A DNA stretch of 64,000 nucleotides from Minisyncoccia bacterium (GTDB taxonomy: Bacteria; Patescibacteriota; Minisyncoccia; Phycocordibacterales; UBA918): the NCBI GenBank assembly GCA_046293175.1, contig JBKBPM010000001.1, positions 593,408-657,407 of the forward strand. The letters run 5' to 3'. The position numbers and the translations under genes are program-made. The notes beneath the pieces are model-generated. The model saw only the letters and a list, made by a program, of their open reading frames with translations, made no database searches and was not told where the DNA came from. Positions 40,020 through 49,301 of the stretch are shown piece by piece; within the stretch, counting starts at the first letter, position 1; each line of letters opens with the position of its first letter.

Positions 40020-40449
40020 AATGTAATTCGATCTTATCTCCATCCTTCATCTCATAATTTTCATACTCTGTGTTTGGTTCGCCATTCACCGTCATAGTCA
40101 CATTCTGTCCGAACTCTCGAAAGTCCTTACCCCATACCGCAAAGAATTTTCCAAGACGAGTATCTTCGCGGGTCACTCTGGCTGGGTATTCGAGATGTAT
40201 GATCGGAGCATCATCGTGGGTATGCATTGGCTGATGGACGGCACCAATGCCGACGTTTTGAGGTATCTCAATCTGTTCACCTTTTACGAATATCTTGAGT
40301 TCAGGATGGGTATGGATTCCACGCATGGAAAGAATATTTGAGTCTCCTGATGCTACTTGTTTTGTCTGATTTGCTTTTGCCCACCATATGAGTCCTATTG
40401 CCAACACAAGGATGGCAATAATGACAATAGTGAACGAATGTTTTTTCAT
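40012..40449 (-). CDS. Membrane-anchored His-motif (metal-binding) protein
   Basis: IHTHP...MHTHD..IIHLE; N-terminal TM. Confidence 0.65.
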   Translation of the reverse strand: MKKHSFTIVIIAILVLAIGLIWWAKANQTKQVASGDSNILSMRGIHTHPELKIFVKGEQIEIPQNVGIGAVHQPMHTHDDAPIIHLEYPARVTREDTRLGKFFAVWGKDFREFGQNVTMTVNGEPNTEYENYEMKDGDKIELHYE

Positions 40450-40976
40450 AATATGTCACAGGTTAGTGGTTTGGTAATAGTGCGTACGAGAAGAAACGTG
40501 GTGTATCCGAGAATGAGTACGCCAAGGATGCCAATCTCTTGCCCTCGAAGTGGTAAATATGTGAGCGCGCCAATGCCACCCACAACTCCTAGGAATGAGG
40601 TGAGGATGATCGATCCACAGGCTGCACAGCCAACACTGAACATCCCAAAGAGTGCACCAACGGATGTGGTAGCAACGCTTCCACGTGTCAGGAAGTATTT
40701 TTGACGTCGATAGAGGTAGAACATCAGTGCGATATTTATTCCAACGAGGATCGAGATTGTTACCGTGGTCAGGGCTGAAAGTAGTGAGAAATTTGTTACA
40801 AGTGAACCAAGAAGGCTTAGTGTCACCGAGAGTTTCCCAAGTACCGATACACCCTCACTTGCCCACAGAAGCGTGAGAAGTGTGCTGTTTGGTAACAGGA
40901 TTGCAACAGCTAGCATGAGCGCACTCACGGCTAGCGCGAGAATGATGTATCCAATGTTTCTGCGTACGAACGTCAT
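40446..40976 (-). CDS. Membrane protein with a CxxC (GCAACG) motif
   Basis: Four TMs, GCAACG and a terminal Cys; inside the copper operon. Confidence 0.65.
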   Translation of the reverse strand: MTFVRRNIGYIILALAVSALMLAVAILLPNSTLLTLLWASEGVSVLGKLSVTLSLLGSLVTNFSLLSALTTVTISILVGINIALMFYLYRRQKYFLTRGSVATTSVGALFGMFSVGCAACGSIILTSFLGVVGGIGALTYLPLRGQEIGILGVLILGYTTFLLVRTITKPLTCDIL

Positions 40977-40979
40977 GAG

Positions 40980-41747
40980 TTAAGAACTTTTAAGGGCGTT
41001 TTCGATGAGCTGTTTGACTGCTTCATATGGCTGAGCCCCATTGATTGGGAACTTGGTGCCGTCCGGCGCAACAAAGATGCTCCACGGTGTACCACGACCG
41101 CCGGTTGCTACCGCATTCTCAAGGTCGTTCGCCACATGCTCAGCATAGGTGCCACTACTCAAGCATTCATTGAACTTCGACACATCAATGCCAATATACT
41201 GTGCAATTTTCGGAAGTTCTGCTGGGTCAAGGCGGTCGTTTGATGGGGTGATTTCGTAGAGGCGATCTGCATATTTCCAGAACGTATCATTACCACCCTG
41301 TGCACCGGCGCATTCGAGTGCTTCGGCTTCTTTCCGGGCTTTTGGGTGCAGTTGATCAAGCGGAAAGTGACGATAGACCCAGGCAACTTTTCCGGTATCT
41401 CCATACTCGTCTATGACCTGCTTCATAGTCTCGTGGAAGCGTTTACAAAACGGGCATTCAGTATCCGAATACTCGACTATCTTAATAGGTGCATCAGGAT
41501 TACCGCGAATATGATCATCTGAAGCAACTGGTTTCATATTCTCAAGCGCTTTACCTGCATCTTGCTCGGCAACTTGCTGTGCTTGAGGTGCCACAGCAGT
41601 TGGTGACGGTGTAGGATTGCCTTTGAGACCGAAGAATACTGCTCCGGCGATAAGTCCTCCCGCTATAACAATTGCTAACGGTATCCCAAGTGCTTGTTTT
41701 TGGTTTTTTACTATTGGTTGTGATGGTTCTTGTGTAGTTTCATTCAT
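40980..41747 (-). CDS. DsbA/BdbD-like thioredoxin-fold oxidoreductase
   Basis: EYSDTECPFCKRFH, RHFPL, GTP cis-Pro and GAQP. Confidence 0.9.
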   Translation of the reverse strand: MNETTQEPSQPIVKNQKQALGIPLAIVIAGGLIAGAVFFGLKGNPTPSPTAVAPQAQQVAEQDAGKALENMKPVASDDHIRGNPDAPIKIVEYSDTECPFCKRFHETMKQVIDEYGDTGKVAWVYRHFPLDQLHPKARKEAEALECAGAQGGNDTFWKYADRLYEITPSNDRLDPAELPKIAQYIGIDVSKFNECLSSGTYAEHVANDLENAVATGGRGTPWSIFVAPDGTKFPINGAQPYEAVKQLIENALKSS

Positions 41748-41823
41748 GTGAATAGAAGTTAGTAGGTAATGCCATAACGGCAAAAAAGCAGAGTGCAGAA
41801 CACTCGCTCACATGAATGAGACG

Positions 41824-42267
41824 TTAGAACGTCTTTGGGTGGAGAATGCCTCGTGCGAACGCTAAACGAAGCGGATCGTATGTGCGTATGTCTGGATGTT
41901 CTCGGGCGTATTGCCTGAAGCGTATTGAAAGAAGATTTGTGTCGAGACGAGGTGCTGCCAGGAATCCTGCAAGAGCAAAAGAAGATGCAACCGCAAGTAC
42001 GATGAGTAGAACGAGGTCTTGGAAACCTTGTGGAATACCCACAAGGGTACTCTTCCAAAGCTCCATATGGTCACTTACCCCAGCATCGCAACAGTTCTTA
42101 AGCGAAACCTCGTGTGACGTATGCGCAATATGACCAGACCCATTTCCCGCATGAACAGGAGTCGCATGGATAAAGCTGATACAGAGAAAGCCGACGATCA
42201 ATGAGATCAGAACAGACCCGCCGAGGACGGTCTTGAGTCGATTTGCTTGTGGGAAGGCGAGCTTCAT
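41824..42267 (-). CDS. Hypothetical leader protein of the copper operon
   Basis: TM, His/Cys cluster (H..H..H...CC...H), second TM; first gene of the operon. Confidence 0.55.
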   Translation of the reverse strand: MKLAFPQANRLKTVLGGSVLISLIVGFLCISFIHATPVHAGNGSGHIAHTSHEVSLKNCCDAGVSDHMELWKSTLVGIPQGFQDLVLLIVLAVASSFALAGFLAAPRLDTNLLSIRFRQYAREHPDIRTYDPLRLAFARGILHPKTF

Positions 42268-42376
42268 GACAAGTCCATTTTAACAGAAAATTGAACTCCT
42301 GCACACAACATTATCAGCCTACAAGCAAGGGGGCATTATAATATACTCAGATGTTTATTAGCTTTTAAAAATAAAT

Positions 42377-42637
42377 ATGAATACTCTTTCGCCAGCAAGA
42401 TCTGGGATCGCACTATCAGGAACACTTATTGTCGCCTTCGTCCTGTGCGCTATCGCACAGGCAATCTTACCAAGCGCACAATTTTCCCATATGTGGCTCT
42501 CTTTGTTTACAGCTGCACCTTTGGGATCTTTAATTGCTTGGATAGAGGGAATAATAGCAAGTGTGGTGGTCGGCTTTATTTTAGGCTACTGTTTCGCTCA
42601 TTGTTATAACTGGAGCGCAAAACACGGAATCAAATAG
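42377..42637 (+). CDS. DUF5676-like small membrane protein
   Basis: Two TMs with the LC...H.W...YN pattern often found near copper genes. Confidence 0.6.
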   Translation: MNTLSPARSGIALSGTLIVAFVLCAIAQAILPSAQFSHMWLSLFTAAPLGSLIAWIEGIIASVVVGFILGYCFAHCYNWSAKHGIK

Positions 42638-42640
42638 TCA

Positions 42641-42672
42641 ACAAAAATCGCCCCATGAGGGGCGATTTTTGT
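42641..42672. terminator. Bidirectional-type terminator
   Basis: acaaaaatcgcccc-atga-ggggcgatttttgt. Confidence 0.75.
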
Positions 42673-42762
42673 TCTGGCTACTGCTCTCAGCAGGTATGCC
42701 TTTTCAGAATAGACCTCTGACGGACTATCGACGCGTCTCGTGCGCGATAACCTATCACGAGT

Positions 42763-42836
42763 TGGCTGCCCGACAAGGACTCGAACCTCGATACCTTGGA
42801 CCAAAACCAAGTGTCCTACCATTAGACGATCGGGCA
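42763..42836 (-). tRNA. tRNA-Gln(TTG)
   Basis: TGCCCGA/TCGGGCA acceptor, CTTGG-TTTTGGT-CCAAG anticodon arm, GGTTCGAGTCC, encoded CCA. Confidence 0.95.
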
Positions 42837-42879
42837 AGTGGCTCCATTTATACCATATATCGTGCCAGAAATCATCCTT

Positions 42880-43512
42880 AATATTGAGGAAGATTTTCTC
42901 ACCGTAATTCGAAGCGTTCTGTGGTAATTATCTGCAATATTTTGTGCGGTTTGTTTTAATATTATGCTTTTTGTAGTAAATAAACTGGGGCTGAAAATCA
43001 TTTTTTTCTAGGATGTTGCTCCAGAATTTAATATCCTTAACTACATCTTTTTTATGGTTTTCATGGATATATAAACTATAGACAAGTCTATCAAGATTGC
43101 TGTTTAAGGATTCTAGGAGAAACCGTTTGAAAATTTAATCATATTTGGGTCAGTGTTTCCAAAAGTGACCGATTGACCATGTCGACTTCTTTCCTTTGAT
43201 CCTTCACCCCAATATAGAGCGACACCTACAAGAAACAATTCTCGTTTACTCAATATCCCAACTTGCTGGATTGCTTTTTCGTATATGTCCTTCGTCACAG
43301 CAATACGATGAGCACGACGAGCATCACCACCGCGCTGTTGGGCTGCCAGCTTTTTAGAAGATGGCTTTTGCGTTTGCTCCCTGGTAAGTTTAGTTTCTCA
43401 AAGCCGTTAAGGAAAAAGTCGACTTAGCAATTGGAACAACAGCTAGAATGTCGCTGTATGTTTTCCCTTCTCGACGGAGGTTTATAGCTTTGATTTTCAA
43501 ATTATTTTTTAT
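42880..43512 (-). pseudogene. Degraded HTH plus LAGLIDADG-like protein gene
   Basis: Fragments KAINLRREGKTYSDI...AKST and LFLVGVALYWGEGSK...FGNTDP lie in different frames with stops; boundaries approximate. Confidence 0.6.
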
Positions 43513-43570
43513 TGTACAGATGTACGCCTCACTTATTTTCCTTGACTGCCTCGTACTACATGCAAAATCT

Positions 43571-45253
43571 CTATTTATTGAGCATTGCAGCCTTTATGAA
43601 AGCCGTAAAAACAGGATGTGGAGCAAGTGGTCGTGCTGTAAGTTCTGGATGGAACTGAGTTCCAAGGAAAAATGGGTGGACGGACTTCGGCAACTCAACC
43701 ATTTCCATCAGACGACCATCCGGTGAAGTGGCACCAAAGACGAGTCCAGCCGCTTCGAGGTCATCCACATACTCAGGATTCACCTCATAGCGGTGGCGGT
43801 GCCGTTCGGTCACGGTACCACTCTTGTATGCCGTGTAAGCCTGTGTCCCTTTCTTCACCACCGCATCATATGAGCCGAGGCGCATCGTGCCACCCATGTC
43901 GCTCTTCGCGAGCTTTTCGCGTTGTTCTGGCATAATACCAATGACAAGATGTTCGGCCTTAGGATCAATCTCTTCGGTTGATACACTATCGAGCTTCAGC
44001 ACATTGCGGGCATATTCGAGCACCGCCAGCTGCATACCATAACAGATACCGAAGTACGGGATTTTCTTGGTGCGTGCATATTCGATAACCTTGAGCTTGC
44101 CTTCGATACCAGTCTTGCCAAAGCCGCCCGGGACAAGGATGCCATCAAAAGCGTCGAGGTCCTTAAGTGACTTCTTGCCCGTTTCAAAATCAAGAGACGA
44201 GAGGTAGGTGATTTCCGCTTTGGTGCCAAGCTTGTACGCTGAGTACTTAAGCGCTTCAAGGACTGAGATATACACGTCTGAGAGGACAAAATCCCCCGAA
44301 CTAAAGTACTTGCCTACGACCGCGATCTTGGTTACGGACTTGGTGCTCTTTGAGCGGTTCACGAATTGCTTCCAGGCTTTGAGGTCACTCGGTTTTGGTT
44401 TGAGGCCAAGGATATCGCAGAGGGCTCCCGATACACCCTCCTTTTCGAAGTGGAGGGGAATATCGTAGATACTGCGTACATCAGGCGCTGATATGACATG
44501 TTCGGGTCGCACATTACAAAAGCGAGAAAGCTTCTCCTTACGCTTTTGATCAATTGGTTCGGTACTACGAGCGACAATCAAATCGGCAAAGACGCCAGCA
44601 CTGTTCAGCGCTCGAACAGCGGTCTGTGTTGGCTTCGTTTTCATTTCACCAATACTACCGGGTACCGGGAGGTAAGACACCATCACCACTGCCACATCCT
44701 CAGGCGCTTCGCTCTTCATCATACGGACCGCTTCAAGGAACAGGACGTTTTGGTATTCGCCGACCGTGCCACCAATTTCGGTAATGACTACATCTGCCTT
44801 GGCGGCTACTCCGGCTTTTTTGATTCGGTCAATCACCTCCAGTGGAATATCTGGCACCACCTCGACATTGCGCCCCCCGTATTCGAGATTGCGCTCCTTT
44901 TTGATGACCGAGAGATAAACACTACCTGTGGTCATGTAGTTGATGGCCGGTAGGTCGATATTGAGGAATCGTTCGTAGTTTCCCATGTCTTGGTCTGTCT
45001 CCAGACCGTCCTTAAGTACAAAACACTCACCGTGCTCGGTGGGGTTCATGGTACCAGCGTCAACATTGATGTACGGATCGATTTTGAGTGCGGTTACATT
45101 AAGACCACGACCCTGGAGTGTGAGCGCGATTGAGGATGAAGAGATCCCCTTCCCGACGCCACTCATAACCCCGCCGACGATAAAGATGTACTTGGGACGT
45201 TTCTGCTGCTTTTTGGTCGTGCCTGTCATCTTCTTGGTCGTGCGGGTGGTCAT
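43571..45253 (-). CDS. pyrG: CTP synthase
   Basis: GGVMSGVGKG, KIDPYINVDAGTMNP.EHGE, KTKPTQ, GICYGMQ, RHRHRYE and QFHPE. Confidence 0.97.
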   Translation of the reverse strand: MTTRTTKKMTGTTKKQQKRPKYIFIVGGVMSGVGKGISSSSIALTLQGRGLNVTALKIDPYINVDAGTMNPTEHGECFVLKDGLETDQDMGNYERFLNIDLPAINYMTTGSVYLSVIKKERNLEYGGRNVEVVPDIPLEVIDRIKKAGVAAKADVVITEIGGTVGEYQNVLFLEAVRMMKSEAPEDVAVVMVSYLPVPGSIGEMKTKPTQTAVRALNSAGVFADLIVARSTEPIDQKRKEKLSRFCNVRPEHVISAPDVRSIYDIPLHFEKEGVSGALCDILGLKPKPSDLKAWKQFVNRSKSTKSVTKIAVVGKYFSSGDFVLSDVYISVLEALKYSAYKLGTKAEITYLSSLDFETGKKSLKDLDAFDGILVPGGFGKTGIEGKLKVIEYARTKKIPYFGICYGMQLAVLEYARNVLKLDSVSTEEIDPKAEHLVIGIMPEQREKLAKSDMGGTMRLGSYDAVVKKGTQAYTAYKSGTVTERHRHRYEVNPEYVDDLEAAGLVFGATSPDGRLMEMVELPKSVHPFFLGTQFHPELTARPLAPHPVFTAFIKAAMLNK

Positions 45254-45275
45254 AGTGATTATTTTATTTAGTGGA

Positions 45276-46196
45276 TTAAACGCGCAAGTAGCGGGTGATG
45301 GCCAGGATACTTGAAATAAGTCCAAGCGCCACACCGATACCGACGATGGTCAAAAAGAGGGTGCCGAAGTTGTTGACAAAGTAGACATAAAGATCGAATT
45401 CAAAGAATTCTGCGGTAGCAGGACCAATCCAAATCATAATTGGATAAAGGATGGCGAGCGCGAGGATACCCGAGATAACTCCGTACATAACACCTTGAAG
45501 CATAAACGGGCCACGAATGAAGGCGTTGCTTGCACCCACGAGACGCATCACAGAAATTTCTTCACGAGCAGTATAAATGGCGAGGCGAATGGTATTAAAG
45601 GTAATAAGAATAGCGGCAATGATGAGGACCACCATCGTGATAGTAGTTGCTCGCTCCACCGCGTTCACAATCTTGGTCAATGTTTCGATTGATTCTTTGT
45701 TGTTGGCGTAGTTTACCTCATCTATGAGGGCAGTCTCGGTGGTCTCCATCGCTTTTTGCTCATCGAGGAACCTCGCAATACTTTCGTACTGGGAGGTGTT
45801 TTTCGCCCGGATGGCAATGGTGGCACCAAGTGGGTTATCACCAAGTTCTTCGAGTGCCTGCATCGCAACACTATCGTTTTGGTTCTTGAGGCGATATTCC
45901 GTCAGAGCATCTTCGCGGGAGGTGTAGCGAACTTCGGCGACGTCAGGCAAGGCCTCGATTTTGGTCTTGAGCGCATTAATCGCGGTCTCATCGGCAGTAG
46001 TCACAAAGTACACATTGATATCAACTTTGGACTGGATATTGTTCAAAGAAACGGTGAGGAGCTGATCGAGGAGCATGGTTGTACCAATGACAAACAGCGC
46101 TACGGTAATCACAAAAATAGACGCCAGAGACACGTAGGCACTACGCCAAAAACCAATAAACCCAGACCGCACGATTCGTCGAAGACTTGTGATCAT
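45276..46196 (-). CDS. ftsX: Cell division permease FtsX
   Basis: NTIRLAIY..REEISVMRLVGA...IRGPF; follows ftsE. Confidence 0.93.
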   Translation of the reverse strand: MITSLRRIVRSGFIGFWRSAYVSLASIFVITVALFVIGTTMLLDQLLTVSLNNIQSKVDINVYFVTTADETAINALKTKIEALPDVAEVRYTSREDALTEYRLKNQNDSVAMQALEELGDNPLGATIAIRAKNTSQYESIARFLDEQKAMETTETALIDEVNYANNKESIETLTKIVNAVERATTITMVVLIIAAILITFNTIRLAIYTAREEISVMRLVGASNAFIRGPFMLQGVMYGVISGILALAILYPIMIWIGPATAEFFEFDLYVYFVNNFGTLFLTIVGIGVALGLISSILAITRYLRV

Positions 46197-46204
46197 ACAC
46201 CAAT

Positions 46205-46888
46205 TTATAGCACGTACTTACCACTTTCGTCGTCCCGAATTATCCGACCACCATCCATAGTGATAACGCGGCGACCGAGTTCATCAATCACTCCCTTGTT
46301 GTGGGTGGTCATCACGACCGTTGTTCCAAGGTCGTTAATCTTTTTGAGAATCTGGACTACTTCGTAGGTAGCAATCGGGTCGAGATTCCCGGTTGGTTCA
46401 TCCGCAATGATGATGTCTGGCTGATTTACAATCGCCCGAGCAATCGCGACACGCTGCTTCTCTCCGCCGGAGAGTTCTCCTGGGAAATTCCACGCCTTAT
46501 CAGCGAGGTCGACAAGCGAGAGGGCCTGGGGGACATTCTCGGCTATTTCTTCGTCACTGCGCCCATTGGCCTCCATTGCAAACGCAATATTCTCGTAGGC
46601 AGTCTTGTTAGGGAGAAGCTTAAAATCCTGGAACACGGTACCAATCTTGCGACGGTAGTGAGGGAGCTTTGATCTCGGGATACGATGGATATCAAGTGAT
46701 TCAAAAAAAACGTTGCCGTGAGTTGGCTTATCTTCAGCAATAATCATCTTGAGGAGGGTAGTCTTACCGGCACCCGAGTGACCGACAATTGAGACAAATT
46801 CTTTTGGATCTATCTGGAAGGTGATTTCTTCAAGCGCTGCTTGCCGTCCATCATTGTAGAGCTTTGAGACTTTATCAAAATAAATCAT
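46205..46888 (-). CDS. ftsE: Cell division ATPase FtsE
   Basis: GHSGAGKTT, VFQDFKLL, LSGGEKQRVAIARA and ADEPTGNLD. Confidence 0.93.
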   Translation of the reverse strand: MIYFDKVSKLYNDGRQAALEEITFQIDPKEFVSIVGHSGAGKTTLLKMIIAEDKPTHGNVFFESLDIHRIPRSKLPHYRRKIGTVFQDFKLLPNKTAYENIAFAMEANGRSDEEIAENVPQALSLVDLADKAWNFPGELSGGEKQRVAIARAIVNQPDIIIADEPTGNLDPIATYEVVQILKKINDLGTTVVMTTHNKGVIDELGRRVITMDGGRIIRDDESGKYVL

Positions 46889-46903
46889 ATAACGAATTCT
46901 ATT

Positions 46904-47776
46904 TTACGTTACTTCGCCCTTCGCGTCGAGGAAAACCTGTATATCGCCTGCTAATACTTGGTCAATTTGGCGTACTTCCACACCCGTACGGTGGTCTTTG
47001 ACTAGTTGGTAGGGGTGGAGGACATAGGAGCGAATCTGACTCCCCCATTCAATCTTGACGGTCTTCTCGACCGAAAGACCCTGCAGTTCGCGTTTGTGCT
47101 GGGCTTCGCGGAAGGCATAGAGCTTACCAGCAATAAGCGAGAGGGCGCGTTCGCGGTTCTGCTGCTGACTGCGCTCGGTGGAGACATGTACCGAGATGTT
47201 CGTCGGGATATGCGTGATACGGACGGCGGTCTCACGCTTGTTTACATTTTGACCACCAGCCCCGCCCGAACGGGCAAATGTGATCTCGAGTTCATCCTCC
47301 GGAATCGCAACAGCAGACAAATCTTCAATTGCCGGAGACACTTCCACGAGCGTAAACGAGGTCTGGCGCTTGCCATTACTATTAAACGGTGAGATGCGGA
47401 CGAGACGATGGACGCCGGATTCGTTTGCGAGCGTGCCATAGGCATTTTTGCCCGTGACTTCAATTACGACATTACGGTAGCCGCCATGGTCGTTTTCGTT
47501 ACTATCGAGTTCAGTAACATGCCAGCCGCGACTTTCGGCGTACCGCCAGTACATCTCACGGAGCATCCGAGCGAAGTCTTCGGCATCGTCCCCACCAGCT
47601 CCAGCCACAATGGTGATGATCGCTGGATTGCGGTCATACTTCCCCTCACCCGAGGCTTCGGCTTTGAGGTCTTGGAGTTCTTTGATCATCGCTTGCGCTT
47701 TCTGGCTATCCTGCCAAAAGTCTGGTTGGAGCATCGCGGCTTCAATCTCAGCGATTCGGGTAGTCGGGTCAGTCAT
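46904..47776 (-). CDS. prfB: Peptide chain release factor 2 (short form)
   Basis: SPF recognition motif, GGQ and [13 protein letters not shown]. Confidence 0.92.
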   Translation of the reverse strand: MTDPTTRIAEIEAAMLQPDFWQDSQKAQAMIKELQDLKAEASGEGKYDRNPAIITIVAGAGGDDAEDFARMLREMYWRYAESRGWHVTELDSNENDHGGYRNVVIEVTGKNAYGTLANESGVHRLVRISPFNSNGKRQTSFTLVEVSPAIEDLSAVAIPEDELEITFARSGGAGGQNVNKRETAVRITHIPTNISVHVSTERSQQQNRERALSLIAGKLYAFREAQHKRELQGLSVEKTVKIEWGSQIRSYVLHPYQLVKDHRTGVEVRQIDQVLAGDIQVFLDAKGEVT

Positions 47777-47859
47777 AATATGAAGAGTATAGCAAATTAA
47801 CGCGCAAGACGGAAAAGAGTGCGGGCCAGCCGCGCTCTTTTCACGATTATTCTAACTTG

Positions 47860-47932
47860 AGCCAATGCCCAGGCTTGAACTGGGGACCTGACGCTTACGA
47901 TGCGCCTGCTCTACCAACTGAGCTACATTGGC
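47860..47932 (-). tRNA. tRNA-Thr(CGT)
   Basis: GCCAATG/CATTGGC acceptor, anticodon loop AT-CGT-AA, TTCAAG T-loop. Confidence 0.93.
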
Positions 47933-48085
47933 AGTGAATACTGCGTCCCCTATAGTAGTACACCTCACATTTGATTTCAAATGGTTTTTTGGTATGATAC
48001 GTGGGCTTCGAATACCACATGCTGTGTGTACAGACAAGCAACCGGCCAAGGTGACGACGTCACACGTCGCCCTTAGTCTCCCAAA

Positions 48086-48158
48086 GCCAATGTAGCTCAG
48101 TTGGTAGAGCACATCCATGGTAAGGATGAGGTCTCCAGTTCAATCCTGGACATTGGCT
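48086..48158 (+). tRNA. tRNA-Thr(GGT)
   Basis: GCCAATG/CATTGGC acceptor, CATCC-AT-GGT-AA-GGATG anticodon arm. Confidence 0.94.
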
Positions 48159-48160
48159 CA

Positions 48161-48354
48161 TAAATCAAAAAACGTCCGTCAGGGCGTTTTTTGATTTATG
48201 AGCCAATGTAGCAAGCCAACTGCTTGGCTTGTGTCCAAGATTGAAAGCCGCAGCTATGTTTTTTGCTTAGGTAAAGCAAAAAACTGCGAGGCGGGGTCGA
48301 GAACACTTAGTAGATTAGGAACGTAGTGAACTAATATACTTAGTGATTCGTGAC
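48161..48354 (+). repeat. tRNA-linked element: terminator, split antisense tRNA 3' copy, conserved structured body
   Basis: TGAGCCAATG (48199-48208) and TCCAAGATTGAA (48234-48245) are the reverse complement of the tRNA-Thr 3' end; body homologous to 50729-50838. Confidence 0.8.
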
Positions 48355-48377
48355 CGATCCTTTCACCACTACTCTTT

Positions 48378-48968
48378 TTACTTCCGCTTCCAAAACACCA
48401 TCACGAGTACACCCACTACTGCCCCACTGAGATTAAAGATGAGGTCGAGCATGGCGTTGGCGTAACCACCTACCCCATTACGCTCGACAGTGACCGCAAT
48501 CAAGAACTCCATGATTTCATTAAGACCACTGATACCAAGTGAAATCATTGTAGCAACGAGCGCAACAAGAAACGTATGTCCTTTGATACCAAGTGGGGCT
48601 CGTAGTGTGTAGTACGCCATCATAGCAACGAGCCCGTAGAGATAGGTATGAACTACCTGGTCGTACTTAAGGATGTAGAAATCACCACCAAGATCGAGGA
48701 ACGGATAAATCTTGTAGGCAAAGAGCACTCCATCAACCGTCTGCACTGCCCCACCCGCCACATGCATCAGTCCCCAGATAGATAGAAGCCAGAGCATCCA
48801 GATTGGAAATTGGGTCAAGCGCAGGGTGGCAAACACCCCAGTAAAAATTGCTATAATGACTGCGACATAAATGACGAACTCAAGGTTGAGGTCACGAGCG
48901 AAGTAAATCCCACCGAGAATAAGATAGAGGGCTGAAAATGAAACGACAGGGATGAGTGATTTGGTCAT
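48378..48968 (-). CDS. DUF2238-like membrane protein
   Basis: MHVAGG...YDQVVH...NEIMEF...Y.NAMLDL. Confidence 0.7.
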   Translation of the reverse strand: MTKSLIPVVSFSALYLILGGIYFARDLNLEFVIYVAVIIAIFTGVFATLRLTQFPIWMLWLLSIWGLMHVAGGAVQTVDGVLFAYKIYPFLDLGGDFYILKYDQVVHTYLYGLVAMMAYYTLRAPLGIKGHTFLVALVATMISLGISGLNEIMEFLIAVTVERNGVGGYANAMLDLIFNLSGAVVGVLVMVFWKRK

Positions 48969-49015
48969 ATAAAATTATAACACCAGAAAGGACTTAAACA
49001 TTACATGTTCAGTAC

Positions 49016-49146
49016 CCCAATTGGCTTGATTGATGCGCTTCGCTTTCAATCCAGCTCAATCGGGCTTCGAGTCCCGCCCATATGTGTCCCACACATATGG
49101 GCATCGATCGCTCACGAAAAAAGCCAGCTTTGGGCTGACTTTTTTC
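49016..49146 (-). repeat. tRNA-Asp-linked element: terminator, split antisense 3' copy, GCGAAGC hairpin
   Basis: + strand TTCGAGTCCC (49066-49075), 27-nt hairpin, ATCGATCGCTCA (49103-49114), compared with the tRNA 3' end TTCGAGTCCCTTCGACCGCGCA. Confidence 0.75.
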
Positions 49147-49150
49147 TTTG

Positions 49151-49224
49151 CGCGGTCGAAGGGACTCGAACCCTCGGCCTCTTCCGTGACAGGGAAGCGC
49201 TCTAACCAGCTGAGCTACGACCGC
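49151..49224 (-). tRNA. tRNA-Asp(GTC)
   Basis: GCGGTCG/CGACCGC acceptor, CT-GTC-AC loop, GGTTCGAGTCC. Confidence 0.95.
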
Positions 49225-49301
49225 AGATATGCCTTATACTGCCACAAAGTAACAGTGGCAAGAGTATATACACTTTTCGTAAAAAGGGCAATATCTTGCG
49301 T

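Larger units (their letters stand above)
26571..42742. mobile_element. Integrative island next to tRNA-Gln with matching end sequences
   Basis: 26-bp block 26571-26596 = 42674-42699 (one mismatch); 14-bp block 26818-26831 = 42729-42742; contains a large serine recombinase, terminase genes, a defence operon and metal cargo. Confidence 0.7.

Noticed and set aside
47800-47859. Split antisense element after tRNA-Thr(CGT), and likewise after tRNA-Gln
   Set aside because: Only a plain terminator follows Thr(CGT), and no antisense 3' copy follows Gln, so the architecture is not universal to all tRNAs here.
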